Part shown: positions 46,001 through 59,949 of the stretch, piece after piece
How the letters are laid out: each line of letters starts with the position of its first letter
Position numbering within the stretch: position 1 is the stretch's first letter
NCBI GenBank assembly: GCA_002269645.1
Contig: NIVC01001247.1
Location: forward strand, 282,928 to 346,927
DNA: 64,000 bases
Direction: 5' to 3'
Source of the DNA: Macrostomum lignano
Taxonomy: Eukaryota
Notes under the pieces: model-generated
What the model was told of the DNA's origin: nothing
The model's database searches: none
What the model saw: the letters and a program-made list of their open reading frames with translations, nothing else
Program-made: the position numbers and the translations under genes

Positions 46001-49000
46001 ATGCAGAATCAGGAGCGGGTTGAAATGCGAATCTGGCTTCAAGTCGTGCCTCGGGAAGAAGCTCTTCAATACTGGCAGGAGCGTCTTAGGCTTGTCGAAG
46101 CTTCAAGTTCGGAAAATTCGGATCGATCTCAACAAATTCTGCGACGAGCTGTCTGTCACGTGATGCTTGGCCTTCATTACCTTTTAATGCAAAATCTCAG
46201 CGACGCTAAAACTATTCAACAAAAGTTTATGAACTTATTGGGACGAAATGCTATTAAAGATCTTTGGAGCTACATTACCTGCAGCGATAGCGAGAAGTAC
46301 TCAGAACAACTCAACAAATATTTAGCAAATTTTAATTTTAACGAAGAAAAATCAGTTTTATATTTCGTTACTGTCGTTTTCATAGCAAACGAAGGTCAGA
46401 TGGCCCTACGCGATCCAAAAAGGTGCGGATCGTGGGCCTGGTTCTGGCTGGTTGAAAGCGCCCAGAGGCTCGGCAAGATTTGCCTTCAAAGCAAAGAAAT
46501 CGGTCCAGAAATGACTGCGTGCGTTCGATTCAGCATTGGCAGCTTGCTGCTCAACTGCGCCAGCGTCAAAGACGTCTACGCGCACAAGTACTTGTTGAAG
46601 TCTTTCTCGCATTTTCAGGCTGCAATTGAGAGACGGATGAGAAAAGGCCTCACTCGCAGAATCGATGCTGAAATTGTGTTGAACGAGCAGTCGATGGTAG
46701 CTATTGTTAACATGGCCACGTGCTTTTTGGAGCTTCGTCAGATGGATAAGTGCACTGCGCTGATTTGTCAAGCCCGTTTGCTGCTAGGCAAATCAACAAT
46801 TCTAGACGAGCTTTCCAAGCACTACTTGAGTGCTTTTATTGACTACGTTGATGGCGTCAATGACTTCGAGCGTACAAGTCCTTTGCACAGCAAGCTGAAC
46901 GCTGGGTCGGTTATTTTAAACGCCCGAGAGCTAAGAGAGCTATACGACAGCGCTTTGGAAAAGCTGACTCGCAGCGCGTACCGGCTGAGACAGAGCTTTT
47001 CTAAAAGTACTATTTTTGCGTCAACGCTTACAATGCTTGGAATTGTGACAGCTAATAGAACGGCGGAGTTTAATGATACTTCTCTCGCGTATCTCCAAGA
47101 GGCAGTTCAGGTGGAGATGGCTCTATCGCAAAGGAGTAACACGATGCGCTATTTGTTGCAAACAATTAGCGTCGCTGCAGGATTGTTTGAGAACGATGAG
47201 AGCGCTATTGCACTCCGATGGAAAGAGCTGCACAGCTCCGTGGTAAGTCTTAGTATCTCATTCAATATTATCTACGGTTAAAGTGTTAAATGGGAATATT
47301 CTAATGATTAGCCGAATTTTTTTCTTTAGAAATCTCTGCATCATAACGACCTTAGTGCGACCAAAGAAGAGCATCCAATAGCAGGTGTGTCTGACGTCGA
47401 TTTTGAGCTGAATCGACTGAGCTCTTCGTCAACTGTATCTTTGCTACCTCTGGAGGCAGCTGAGACAGCTGAGCACCAAAATCCTTCTCTTCCTCTTGTT
47501 GACCTCCGATTCACCGACTGTTATAGACAAGACTGTTTAGATTATTTTAGGCGAAGATTGCGAGAGTGCATCGCGACTGACTCAGCTCTAGCAGCGATAT
47601 TATGTCGCCTATTTATTGCCAGGTTCCACCTGATTCGGTGTGCAATAGATCTTGCTGGCGTGGAGCAAAATGCTGTTCAAGAGCTTCTTTCGCAGAAATT
47701 CTCTTTGCACATCAGTAGACAAAGCAGCTTCAAGCTATCTCAGTTGCGCAGGAAATTACAGCGTGGCGAAGTAGCAGAAATGGCAGAAGCCGTAGCCATT
47801 TGCTGCGCTTTCTGGCAAGCAAATGAGGCAAAATTTGTGCTTTTGGGCTTACAGTTGGGAAAAAATTGGCGTCTGAATAGATCTTCACCTGTTGGTTACT
47901 CAGTGAACTCTCCAAAGACTGGTAGGTACATCAGGGAAAACTGGTACTCTTTCACCGACTCAGTCCTGCTGCGTTTCTGGTCTGACAATTGGCGATTGGC
48001 CAGGTGCCTGATGAATAACAGTAGAAAGTTGAGCAACGAGCTGCGCGGAGCTTTCGAGGCGAGCGCGGCCTGGTTCCACCTGGGTGCGGTACTCGACAGC
48101 AGTCTCGCCGAGGTTTGCGTCGACCTCAACGAACTGTTGCCAAGTAAGATGCTACGCAGCGGACAGATTAAGCGGTGTGCCAAATCTTTGATTCAGTCAC
48201 TACAGTCTTGGCTTCCAAAACTTGACAATGGTTTATCGGACCCTGTGTTTGCTCTTGCCGGACACAGAATCGCAATATTGGACGATGCACTCGGTGCAAC
48301 CAATGATATCATGAACTCATCGGATAACATTACAACAGTGTTGGATTTGAATCAGGATTATGTGAATGTAGAACTTCTCCCCATGCCTAAGCCGAAGCGT
48401 AGACTGGCGCCGTTCCAAGAAGCTTATGATTCGTGCACCTCTACCGGACTTCTAGATACGCCGTTGCACGCCTGTGTACACTTATCCACTGCAGTCATTC
48501 TTTACAAAAGCGCGGTCAAAGATCTCACAAAACCGGCTTATTCACAGTATAATGCCGCTGTGCTTAAACTTCGTCGGGCGTCGAGGGTCTTGGAGCTGTT
48601 GGAACCGCTGCATCCTCTAACTGGGGATTGCTACGCTTTGCTAGCTGTGATGTACTATAATATGATGCAGCTGGAGGACCAGGAAGAGAAAGCGCTGAAT
48701 TGCTTGAGGGCCTGCCTAAAAATCCAGCGCAACCTGATTGCTAACGGATGCGCAACCAGTTGTTGGGCTTGGCGATCTATTGATGTAGCGAGGAATTGAT
48801 GTGGCTGTGTACTTTGCAACGTCGGATCGCCAGAGCGAGTGGTCTGGCATAGTGACTGCTGCTGACGTGAGTTCAAGATGTCAAGCTGTCTATTGGTTTT
48901 GATAGGTTTATTAATCGAAGATCTCTAGCCAATTTTGTTAGGGCATTCACCGCCAGTGCTGCAGGTTAAGCGGAGTTGGCCCTGGTTAGTATTCATATGA

Positions 49001-49802
49001 AGTGGCTTATGTCGATCACCCTTTAAGGTAGCCGCAGTAAGCGAGAGGCAAAATAGGCCTAGCTTGAGTTCACCCGCTGTTATAGGGTAGAAGCTCTGAG
49101 CTGCAGTAGGAACAGAGTGAGAATTGTAACCCCACAGTTTCGATGTACAGCATCAGATGCGCCGTGAACGCTCAGTGTTTCTCTTAACCCAAATGGGCCA
49201 ATTTCAGGCAATCATAGAAATGAGTAGAGATTGCTCTGTAGAGACAAGAAGTCTGCTGCTAGGCGATGACGCTATATGGACGGAACTTCGACTTGGCGAC
49301 CGGTTCGTTGCTGAGCGATTAGTTGGTGCGTTTCTGGAATATTTTTGAAAGGCATTGGCTAAAATTAATATGCGCTCCTACATCTTTTACTTCTACTGTT
49401 TACATCTTCCCAGATCCCATTATCGATTGGGAGGGCAAACAGCATCTCAGAGAAACCTGCGAGGCTATGTTTGGTCGAGTTTATCCTGAAGACAACCTGC
49501 CAACCTACACTGAAATAATGTGCTACTCGCACTACCTGATGAAGCTATGGAACGCGCACGAGAATGTCTGCGATAGCGAATGGATCTACCTCTGCGTGCC
49601 AAAGTGTCGCATGACGCGAACGTCTAACAATATCCCTAGGCGGAACGACTTTCTCAATGGTTTGAATGAGTACACGCTGGCTGCGCCGCGTGACAAGCAG
49701 AAAATACTTCGCAGACTGCAAATTAATCACGAGCAGCTGTTGCAGATGTGCGAACCGGCTCAACTCATTGATGCCAGTTACGGTAGAGACACAGAGTGTT
49801 GA
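46001..49802 (+). pseudogene. Alpha-helical repeat protein paralogue B, 4 exons, one frameshift
   Basis: Exons 46001-47242, 47330-48866, 49151-49325, 49414-49802; exon 2 has net +1 nt, matching a 16-bp-period duplication (ATTGATGTAGC 48779 / ATTGATGTGGC 48795); SEWSGI in shifted frame matches SEWQSI of A. Confidence 0.7.
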
Positions 49803-51228
49803 TAATAATTCATCGTTTTCAGTAACAATCTATCGGAAAAAATATTGAGCGTATTTGCTTTTTTTCTGCTTGTGTGCTATCTAAAACTGTTCTTGTAAAA
49901 AATAGCAGCATGTAAAAGTTGCCTATAAAACACGCCTGGCTTACTTTCAATGGTTCAGGCCATTTTTCTAGCTCGCATCTTCTCTACGATTCTTTTGTCT
50001 ATCGATTTTAACACATGGCTGAAATTCAAAAAGTTTGGAGTCAATGGAAATCGGAAAATCTCATTTTTTATTTGACCAAAAACATATATGCATGTACAGT
50101 GTATGTGTATTTTTTTAACAAGAATTGGTGCTTCCTTATTTGGCCTATGGTGACTCATAGAGTTACAGAAAGGGTTGTATATCAAAAAGATCCTTAGCGG
50201 TGCAGTACTTTAGTGCATGACCTCGAAATGAAATAATGATGGATTTATGCGCCCTAAGGAAGGGCAGCGACATGGCATATTCACTTAGTGGATCATCATT
50301 TTTATGCGAAGCATCAACCTCAAAAGTCAGCTTTGCCGTATAAAGCTAGTGTCTTACTGCACCCAACTTTCTGAAAAATGTTTTATGATTCCAACATAAT
50401 TAAATTTATCACCATTTTGTTTTAATATTTAATATTTTATGCCCGCCTGTATGCATATTTATATCAAATAGCTATACAAGCGTACTGTAACTTTGCTGTT
50501 GAGAATTCGAGTCAACGCGTTTCCTGAAACGAAGTGCTTATCCCCACTGCGTGTCGATAATTCCAATTTTATTAACACGGATCCGTGTCGATAATTTTCA
50601 GCTTGTCCCCATGGCAGCTTTGTTGGAATAGATCGGCACCTTCAAATGAATTAGTTCAAGGACCCCAGAGGTCCTTCTGAATCTGGTATTTACATATAGT
50701 TTATTAGCATGCTGTATGTAGTTTTGTATTTTTAATTCTAATCAAAAATCTACTATTGTTTTTTTTTCCTTTTGGATGTTCGTCATATGTCGTTATATCC
50801 ATATTTTTATTCTAAACAAATCTTCTTGGCAAAAAACCGTCTTTTTGTTTTCACTATTTTAAGAATCTTCCGAATAAACTACTGAATAGTATTAAGTACT
50901 TTGTTAACACTTCCACGTCGTTAAAAGGGTTAATTTTTAATTTTCGCTTAGCTGCCGACGTGACTGAGTGATCATATAGATTTGAATAAAGTTCAATAAG
51001 CTGCCGTGGGGAAATGCCGTGGAGAAATTGAACAATTTTTTCTAATAGCCACATCTAGGGTTTCAGAAGTTTTAGAAATAGAACTATAGAAGATAAATAC
51101 GGACAGCTTCTAATGATTTGATATGCAGTTGAAGAAAAGATCTGCAGCTTTTGTATATGGGTTGTTTTCGATCTTGTGCCGAACTCCCTATCAATTTCAG
51201 CAGGCCGGTCACTAAGGCCTCGGAAACT

Positions 51229-52533
51229 ATGAGCTCTGGTCAAGAGCCCATCATCCGAGTGGGTACCTGGTTGCGGTTTGTACCCGAGCAGGATCATACA
51301 GAGTTTTGGACAGCCAGAAACAACGCATTTAAATTTACATGTGGTGACGCGGCTCCGTTCGCCAGAGCTTGCTCACTGGTGATTCTGGCAAACGAGCAGC
51401 TCAGGCGTCGTTGCAGCAGCGACCTGGCTAGCGCCTGCGAACTGCAGAACGAATTTCTGGCACTAATTGGCCAACAAGCTGAAGAACTACTCTGGTCATC
51501 TGTCAAATCCGTAGACAAATTGGATCGTATTGCTGCTTTCAGACAATTGGCTAATCAGTTTATTGATGAAGAGGGTGGACAAAGAATAGGAATGGCATTC
51601 GCTAGCGTTCTGTTCTTAGTTAACGAGGCCCATCTGGCGTTGTGCAGCGACTCGCGTCGGGGCAGCTTCGCTTGGCTGTGGCTGACGGAGGGTGCCTATC
51701 GGCTTGCTAAATATCTGCTGCGACTGGGCGACTCTTGGCCAGCCCTGGCCCCAGAGCTGACTGGCCTCATGTGCGAGTCCGTCTCCAGGCTAATGTTGAA
51801 CTGCGCTACTCAAAAAGATGTTGGCGGGCGTAGATTTTTTGAGAAAGCGCCACAGTTTCTAGACTTCTCGTTGGAGCGTAGAACGCGTAATAACAAATTG
51901 GTTCGGCGCAGCGACTCGGACATTGTGCCAAGCACCCAGTCGATTGTCGTTATTCTACGAATGGCCTCCTGCTTTGTTGAACTGCGTCAGACTCGAAAGA
52001 GTCGTGCACTGATTGCTGTAGCGCGCAAGCTCATCGACTGCTCAGACCTTATTAGCGAACGTTCCAAGATTTATTTCATTGCATTTTCTGACTACATCGA
52101 AGGAGTCAGCGAGTATGAAGAGACCTGTCCTCTGACAGCTAGATTGAAGAAGCAGCCGTTGAATCAAACTGTTTCTACTGAAGAATTGATGAAGATTTTA
52201 GAGAAAGCCAGCGTCTTTCTAAGTAAAAGCGCGTTTGCTTTAAAGGAACACTTTCCCGGCAGCCCTTTAACCGCATCTGCTTTTACTTTTCTGGGTGCTG
52301 CAACCGTTAATTTGGCCGGCGAATTCACACAGGATGCATTGGCTCACCTCAAGGAAGCTGTTAGCATCGAGCTTACTTTGAGCACTTGTTCCCATACTAG
52401 GAGCATTTTGCTGCTAGTGCTTCAATATGGCTGCGAGATATCTGCAACTACTGACAGCGACTTGAGCAGCTGTTTTAGCGAGATGTACAACACTATGCTG
52501 CTGTTGAGTCAAAATGCTAACGAGGAACACTAA
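51229..52533 (+). CDS. Alpha-helical repeat protein paralogue C (single module, ~434 aa)
   Basis: Aligns with first module of B (W(L)R.VP, NEAHLAL.D.RRGS.AW.WL.E.A.RL, DS.IV....S...I..MA.CF.ELRQ, E.T.PL..KL); ATG 51229 aligns with start of B; upstream exon possible (acceptor ~51200). Confidence 0.75.
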   Translation: MSSGQEPIIRVGTWLRFVPEQDHTEFWTARNNAFKFTCGDAAPFARACSLVILANEQLRRRCSSDLASACELQNEFLALIGQQAEELLWSSVKSVDKLDRIAAFRQLANQFIDEEGGQRIGMAFASVLFLVNEAHLALCSDSRRGSFAWLWLTEGAYRLAKYLLRLGDSWPALAPELTGLMCESVSRLMLNCATQKDVGGRRFFEKAPQFLDFSLERRTRNNKLVRRSDSDIVPSTQSIVVILRMASCFVELRQTRKSRALIAVARKLIDCSDLISERSKIYFIAFSDYIEGVSEYEETCPLTARLKKQPLNQTVSTEELMKILEKASVFLSKSAFALKEHFPGSPLTASAFTFLGAATVNLAGEFTQDALAHLKEAVSIELTLSTCSHTRSILLLVLQYGCEISATTDSDLSSCFSEMYNTMLLLSQNANEEH

Positions 52534-55500
52534 TTGCCAACTAAATATTTACCATTGGAGATTCTTTCTGATTTATTAAAACACACTAAAAAGCCCCGTT
52601 CACACCGCCATCACACAACCAATTTGTGCAGAAGGATGAAATTTGAATTGGTGTACAAGTGATCACACGAAATTTGGCCTTTTTGATGGCGGTGTGAATG
52701 AGCCTTACAACACAGTCCTTACAATCACATGTAATATATACAATGTTATATGTTACAAGTAGATGCCTGTTAAAATAAATATTAATAAATAAAAATCTAA
52801 AAACTATAACTATAATCAGACTATAAAGGTCATGCAACAGTACTTTTTCAGACTATAGTTATTCAATTTGCGTCGAAGTGCCAGGTGATCGTATACTGTA
52901 CTGTAAATCAGAGTTGGCTCAAACATTAGCTATTGCGCTAAGCACAAACAACTCAGTAAATTTACATGTTGTATATACTAAAAATGAGTACGCCTGGATC
53001 GATAAACAATTGCCACAGAATCAGCAACAAAGAACAGCCTATTTTAGCCTTATTAACTTTAGTAGGAACTTGGGAGTATACATGTAGATAGCTAAAATAA
53101 ACACCAAAAGAAACAATTTCTTACATGTATGTAAAAAATGTTCGTGTAGTAGTTTAGTTACTTTAGTTACGTCTTTAGTTTAGACGCCGCACTAGTCAGC
53201 TGTTTCCCTCGCTCTCGCCCCAGGCTTCTGCGAGGGACTCCCCAGAGTCTGCCGCTGTGCAGTTGCCTGTCCCTTCTTGCCTGTCCTTTGGCCTGTCCCT
53301 TGCCCGTTTGTCTGTCTGTCTGTTTGTTTTCGCTTGCCCCTTTTGTCTCGTGTTCCCGTTTTGCAGTGCCCAGACAGCAATTGGTCTGGGCGTGCCTCGA
53401 TCTGTTTCGTTCTCTGTTAGGCACCTCCAAATTTGGAGTGCCTTCCTGTTTTCCGGTCTCAAGGGCACGAGTGATTTCACTTGTGGGCCTTTTCCCCCTG
53501 TCATGTGAGCTAGTCATATGATGGGCCCTCTTCCTTCTTTAGTCCAAAGTGCAATGATTTTATCATTGTACGCTGGGCTCGTGTTTATGGGGAATCACGT
53601 GCGCCAGGACCCAGCTGCCTCCTCTGAGGCAGAACCACAGATACTAGAACAACTAGAACAGATACTAGAACTAGAACTAGTTGTTCTAGTATCTGTGGCC
53701 TAGAGCGAGAAGCGAAGCAACGAGGGAGGGAAGGGCGAGAGCGGCCGCTGACTGCAGTATAAGCATATATTTAAACAGAATCTCGTGTTCTATTGTGTAA
53801 GAGCATCGTTCAAGATCCGCAGGTTTTTCAACAGCTTACAAAGTGCTCGTCCGTTAGTAGTATACATATTGCCTTCCAAACTAATAAGGTATATATATGT
53901 CATTGTTTGTATTGTGTATTTATTAGTGTATACCAGGTTTAAAGCTGTAAAAATGACAAGACATCATTTGTATGCTGGGTTTGTGCGCCAATTCAAAAAT
54001 GCAGATTCAATATATCTACTATGTCATGTACGATTGTACGTTGGGATATACCGTGATGTATACTGAAAAATAGTAAGACCATTGTTGTATGCCAGGAAAT
54101 CCTAGCATGTTGCCTTCCAAACTATAGCATATAGGCCTATTAAGGTTAGGAAATTGCTTTATTCTAAAGCCAGTAAAGAAATTTAATATTTAAAAAAAAT
54201 TAACAAAGATCAAGCAGACCTTACTTGAAGTACATTGTAAGTAAGATGTAGTAGCCTAGTAGGCCTAGCTTAATAGGCCTAGTTTGTTAGAATATTGGGC
54301 TTATAACCTAGACCAAACTAAGGATTAGGGCTATATATACACAAGAAATGAGTATATAAATTAGAATGATCTAGCATTAGGCATATGATTGGACCGGCAA
54401 TCTTCTCAAATTGTTCGTTTAGTTATTTCCAGAATTATTTCGTCCTCTATTCAAGGGTGGTGGGGGGGGGGGGGGTTGGGGGTTGGAATTAAACAAACAT
54501 TTCGAGAAGATAGCCATTGGACCTTAGTATAAAAATTAGTATATAGAGAAGCCTTGAATTGGTATTTCTTGGTAACAAAAATGGGCCTAATTATATTACA
54601 AAAATAGTTCTTATGTTGCAGGCCTTTTGTCTCTCTATAAGAATCCCACTAAATGCCACCAAAGTTGTTGTAGGGGTAACTTCTGTCCCTACAAATGATT
54701 TCACCGCTGTCACTAGAGTTGTTACAGGGTGCTTATTTATTCCTTTTTGCTAGCCTTACTTGCTGCCACCAAGCTGTTACAGGGGTTGTCCCTTCTTGTT
54801 AGTATTGCTGGTTCTTACTTATCCTTTACTCGCGTAGCGCATGTACTTCTATTGGTAGCGTCTGTACTTCTATTGGTAGCGTATGTACTTTTATTGTACT
54901 TTCTGGCCTGAGCGGTCTAATAGCACTGTCTGTTCTACTCCTATGCTTCCCCTAATATTATTCTCTCAGTCCTGGGCGTTCCCGGGATCAGAGGGTCACA
55001 GCTCTAAGCGAAATCTCTGCCCTGAGGCGATCTTTCCCTCGCTCTGAGGCGGTTCTCCTGCCCTGAGGCGAATTTACTATTACTGCCCTGAGGCGGTTTC
55101 TCGCTTTGTAGCGGTCCTTTAGTAATACTCCCAATTTGGGGCTTTATACTGTCGCAATGAATAAGTCGAACAAGAATGCTTTAGAATATTTATCGAGTGA
55201 ACTGATTGTCACTGTCTTGCCTGAGAATGCAGGAAGAGGTTAACCTCGTGGCCCATTCTGAGCTCCTATTTATACAGTCTGGCTTATGTATTTAAAACAA
55301 AATTGGTTTCGTACAATATTAATTGCATTCACAACATTAAAACAAAAATATTAGCATTTTGCGGGAATTCAAATAATGGTCTTTCTAAGAAACACGAGTA
55401 AGTTTTAAAGCATTTATACTGTATTTTAAAAGGCCCTTCCTCACTTATTAATTAATAATAGATTTATAATAGATTAATAAAAAAGTTTTTATTAATCTAT

Positions 55501-57221
55501 TTTTGCATATATTTAAGCCCTAATGTTTGCATTGCAAGTTTAAAATTTAGGTTGTTGTTTTTGTTTTTGTCTTGCTATATTCTTGTATGCAATATAAGTC
55601 TATTGGCATACATAATTATTAGCTTTGCAGATTTCTTTCCAACATATATTATTATACAATCCTAGGCCTAAACTTGAAAGTTAGGAAATTCAATTTGGGA
55701 TCCTATCCCACTAAAACAGTAGTGTCTTTGAGCATGATGCTTAACTCTATATTGCTTCAGTTCACTTAGCTATAAAGTATTAGTATTAGCTAGGCCTAGG
55801 ATAATTAAAAGTGTATAGCAACTCCTAGCCTTAGTCCTTGACTAAATAACTATATACAGCCTTCAGATTTGCCATATAATAGCTATAGCTAAGCTGTCAG
55901 CTGCATATCTGGCTCAATTAGGGCGAGTATAATTGATTGTTATCATCATTATTATTAGTAGGCCTAAAACTAATAGTTAAAAAATTAATTAATAACTAAA
56001 TTATCAATATAATGGGTAATATATTGCTTATATACATATATATTCATTTGTGCACATAGGTCATTAGCTTATGTGCATGCAGATGCACATTATGCTGATA
56101 TGCATATGTATCTATTCTTTAGATATGCATGTGCCTATGCATATGTAAATCTGCCCAAGTTTGCACCTATTACATTTTCTTAGGTATGCTAGATACAAAA
56201 ATGAAGACTTATTCTAATAGGGATGACAGACAGTTTACCTTTGATGAAAAATGTAAGATTTGGATAAGTTGGTCATTTTTGTGGTAGGAGGCACTTTATA
56301 ATATTTGTACTTTATAGTTATTTTAAGATTTATAATTCATATACTTAAAAAATTCTATCAAAAGAATTATATATTCAAAATGCCTTCCAAATAAGCATGG
56401 AAAAATGTTCAAAAAATTGGCCAATTTAACTAATACAAAAGATCACAACTCTGTAATAATAAATAAGTAAAATTAAATAAAATGACACTTAATACCATTT
56501 TAGTAAGTCTCTGCAATTTTAGGTTTCATATCATTTACTTAAGATTAGCAAGATAATTTTTAGTTGAAGCCACAATGGCTATTATCAAAAGGTAATATTT
56601 TTGTCATCAGAGTGATTTTTGCTTCTTTTAAAAACATGTTACCAAAAATTGTTGCCAAAATGACTATAATTATTGTATGCCACGGCCACGGCTTATTAGG
56701 AGAGTTGTTAAGATATCAAAGCTTAGGGAGAATTGCTAAGATTTTAAGGTATATATGATTCATATAAATAATTTTTTGGCCAGATGGTTCTCAAGTCAAG
56801 AAAATCAACAACAAACAGACAACAGCACAAAATTAGTATATAGATTGGCTGTGCTATTTAGTTTTAAAATAAAAATGACTTAGTTTATCAATAGTTTACA
56901 TAGGCCTAACTATTTTGGTTTTTCCTTTTTTTATTGCTTATTGTTATGTTTTCTTTTATCAATTTATCTTTTTTCTATTTCTTTCTATTTGCTCTTTTCT
57001 TTTTATTTCCTAAAATAGGTCAACTTTGTGTTGCATACTTATATAAAAAATGTACAAAAATATTTCATATGCTTAAGAATAACTTAATTAGAGATTGATT
57101 ATAACAATAACAATAGCAAGTACAACTACGCATATGATAAAATAAAAAACTATATATATATTGTTTTTGTAATATTTTATGCAATGATTAGTAGTCATTA
57201 GAAGTCATAAAATCTATTTAT

Positions 57222-57997
57222 CTCTACATATAAAAATCAAAACTCTATGTGTGTATGTGTCTGTCTATTTGTGGATAATTTTATTTGCTATGGACTCCCA
57301 AACTGCTCAACCAAATTACACTAAATTATGCACCCACCCTAAACTCACTACGGAGAATGTCTTAGGCTACTTTAAAATTTCCTAAACTCAAGTCTTCCTA
57401 TCTAAAAGTGCAAAAAACTGCTCAAAATGCGCAATTTTTTCACTAAATTCTCCATAGCACCACCCCACTTCTATCGATTCTCTTCAAATTTGACACGACA
57501 ATCTTCAAATATTTTGACACAATCATGTAAAATTTTGAGTCTCAAAGTTAATCCTGAACAGCACTGTGCACTTTACAGCGCTGTAGGCTGTTTTTGTCAA
57601 TGAGACAGCCACCCCAACCTCCACTCGCCTGCCTCTCTTTCCCGATCTGGGCCCAGATGTGTAAAATGGGTTTTAAAATTGACCAACTTTCAGCTTCCAT
57701 AAGTTTGGTCCACATAAAGCAACTGACTTAAAACTTGACACAATTTTTCATTGACTGTCTCTGTCTTAATGTTAAGTTTCAACTCTGTAACTCAATCAGA
57801 ACAGAAACTGTAAGCATGTGAAGTTTGTCTGCTTTTTGTTGTTTGTGCCACTCACTCACTCATTCCCTCGAATCCCCCTAGCCCAGACCAAGGGTCAGGC
57901 GATAGGGCTCAGTGTACATAGCAAATGTACAGTGTTTTGGAATAAATTTTTAAAGCCTTCTCTGCACCCCGCGAGTGAAGAGGCTACGTTTAGCAGT
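57222..57997 (+). mobile_element. Degenerate non-autonomous Helitron-like repeat (tentative)
   Basis: 5' TCTACATATAAAAA followed by TGTGTGTATGTGTCTGTCT tract and 3' GC-rich CCCGCGAGTGAAGAGGC..AGCAGT resembling invertebrate Helitron ends; hairpin and CTAG imperfect. Confidence 0.35.
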
Positions 57998-58369
57998 CAT
58001 GCAGTTTATCAGTGGATGGCAAATCAAGGCAATCCAATCCAGCATGGTTTGTAAAAGTGAAAGATTTATGAAAAAGCGATTTATGAAATTTATGAAATCC
58101 TACTAAATTAGCCACACCATGGAAAATTTAAGTTTCTCCTAAAGGTACTTTAAAAATTAAATGGCCTAAGAAATGCATATTTCCTTGGTTGTTAGACTGA
58201 TGACTGCAGTGGGGCTGAAGATACACAAATTCCTTTCAGGATTGCGAATTGGCCAGAAAGATGGCATGATCAGAGCATGAGAACAATCATGAGAGTACTA
58301 CGTCCTACAAACTGGCTTTCCAAGCAGGGATGGGCAGACTTTTTACCTCCAGACCTCAAAGTATCCAGC

Positions 58370-59152
58370 TCATGGTTGAGGGGCAGATGAGAGTGAAAAG
58401 AAGAGGAATAGAATAGACGATTAGAAAAGAAATGAGAGGCGAGAAAAGGATAAGAGAAAAGATAGAATATAATAGGAGAGACAAGGGGTGAGGACGATGA
58501 GAGAGGGGTGGGAAGAAGTGGGAGGAGAAAAGTGAGAAAAAGGGGGAGAGAAGAAGGGAGGGAGAAAGAAAAGAGGGGCGAGAGGAGAAAGTAGAGGTGA
58601 TAAGAGGGAGAGCGAAGAGGGGAGAGAGGAAAGAAGTCAAAGGAGAGATGAGAGGGGAAGAAAGAAGAGATAAGGTTGTAGAGATGAGAGAGGTGTAAGG
58701 AGAGATGATAAATGAAAGATGAGAACTGAATGAGGAGAGAGGAGGGTGGAGAGAGAAGAAAGGAGACACGAGAGGGAGGGAATATAGAAGAGGGAAGAGA
58801 AGAGAAGAAAGGAGAAAGGAAAGAGAGGAGTCAAAAGAGGGGGAAAAGACAAAAGAGTACAGAGGAGAGGTGAGAGAACATATAAGAGAGTAAAGATGAC
58901 AGATGAGAGAGGGGAGATAAGAGAGCAGAGACAAGAGTGAACAGACGAGAGATGGGAGAGTAGAGAGAACAGAGGAGAGATAAGAGAGAAGAGATGAGAC
59001 AGGAGAGGTGAGACAAAATGAGATACGAGAAGTGAGTAGAAGCGAGGGAGGAGAGAGGAGAGGAGGGGAGAGAATCGAGAGAACAGGGGAGAGAAAGGAG
59101 AGACGAGAGAAAAGGAATAATGGAGAGAGTCGAAAGGAGAAGAGAGATCAGA

Positions 59153-59234
<82 letters not shown>

Positions 59235-59640
59235 AGAGAAAAAAAAGGGGAGAGAGGAGGGAGGAGAGTAGAGACGAAAGAGTAGTGGAGAGAGAGATAA
59301 GAGAGTAAAGAAGAGAAAGTAGAGAGAATAGAGAAGAGAGGAGAGATGATAAATAGAAGAGTGCAAATTAGAGATAAGAGAGAAGAGATGAGACGAAATA
59401 GGTAAAAAATATATTGGAGAGAGGATCGAGATTAGAGGAGAAATTAGAGAGATGATTGAAGAAAGGAGAGAGGAGAGATGAGGGAAGTGTTGAGAGAGCG
59501 GAGAGTGAGGAGTGAGAAGAGGGGAGAGAGAGAAAAGAGAGCAGAGAGAAATGAGAAGAGATAAAAGAGAAGAAAGGAGAGATGAGAGAGCAGAGACGAG
59601 AGAAAAGAGAGGAGAGGCAAGGGACGAGAGAGAAGAGGGA
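58370..59640. repeat. GA-rich low-complexity tract with pure (AG)n at ~59155-59230
   Basis: Direct reading. Confidence 0.95.
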
Positions 59641-59949
59641 ACAGAAAAGAAGACAAAAGTTGCAATGGATCCAAGGGACGTAGGGAGAGTCAGAGACAGA
59701 GGCCAGAGTTTGCCAATGCCTGACATTCTGAGCAGTACCCCAGCCCACAATATCAAATGTTTGCCTCAAATCCTAATTTTACACGAGTATGGCCTCAGAT
59801 TCCAGAATACATGCAAAAATCTTGAGCCTTTTCAAATATCAGGAATTAAAAAAAGAACTTGAGTTTGGTTATAAAATTTGCAGGTGCCTTTACACCTTTG
59901 TTTGCATTCTGTTTTGGCTGGAAATGATTCTTAGATTTGGAATTTTCAG

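Noticed and set aside
53175-53760. MITE/SINE-like segment with partial inverted match (AGTCAGC..CGCTCTCGCCC) and CTGT/ACTAGA microrepeats
   Set aside because: Inverted match is short and gapped, no TSD found.
54900-55110. Four to five CTGAGGCG motifs
   Set aside because: Irregular spacing, no associated element boundaries or gene; cannot assign a function.
58356-59862. Long Ser/Leu- or Arg/Glu-rich ORFs
   Set aside because: Translations of the GA-rich low-complexity tract.
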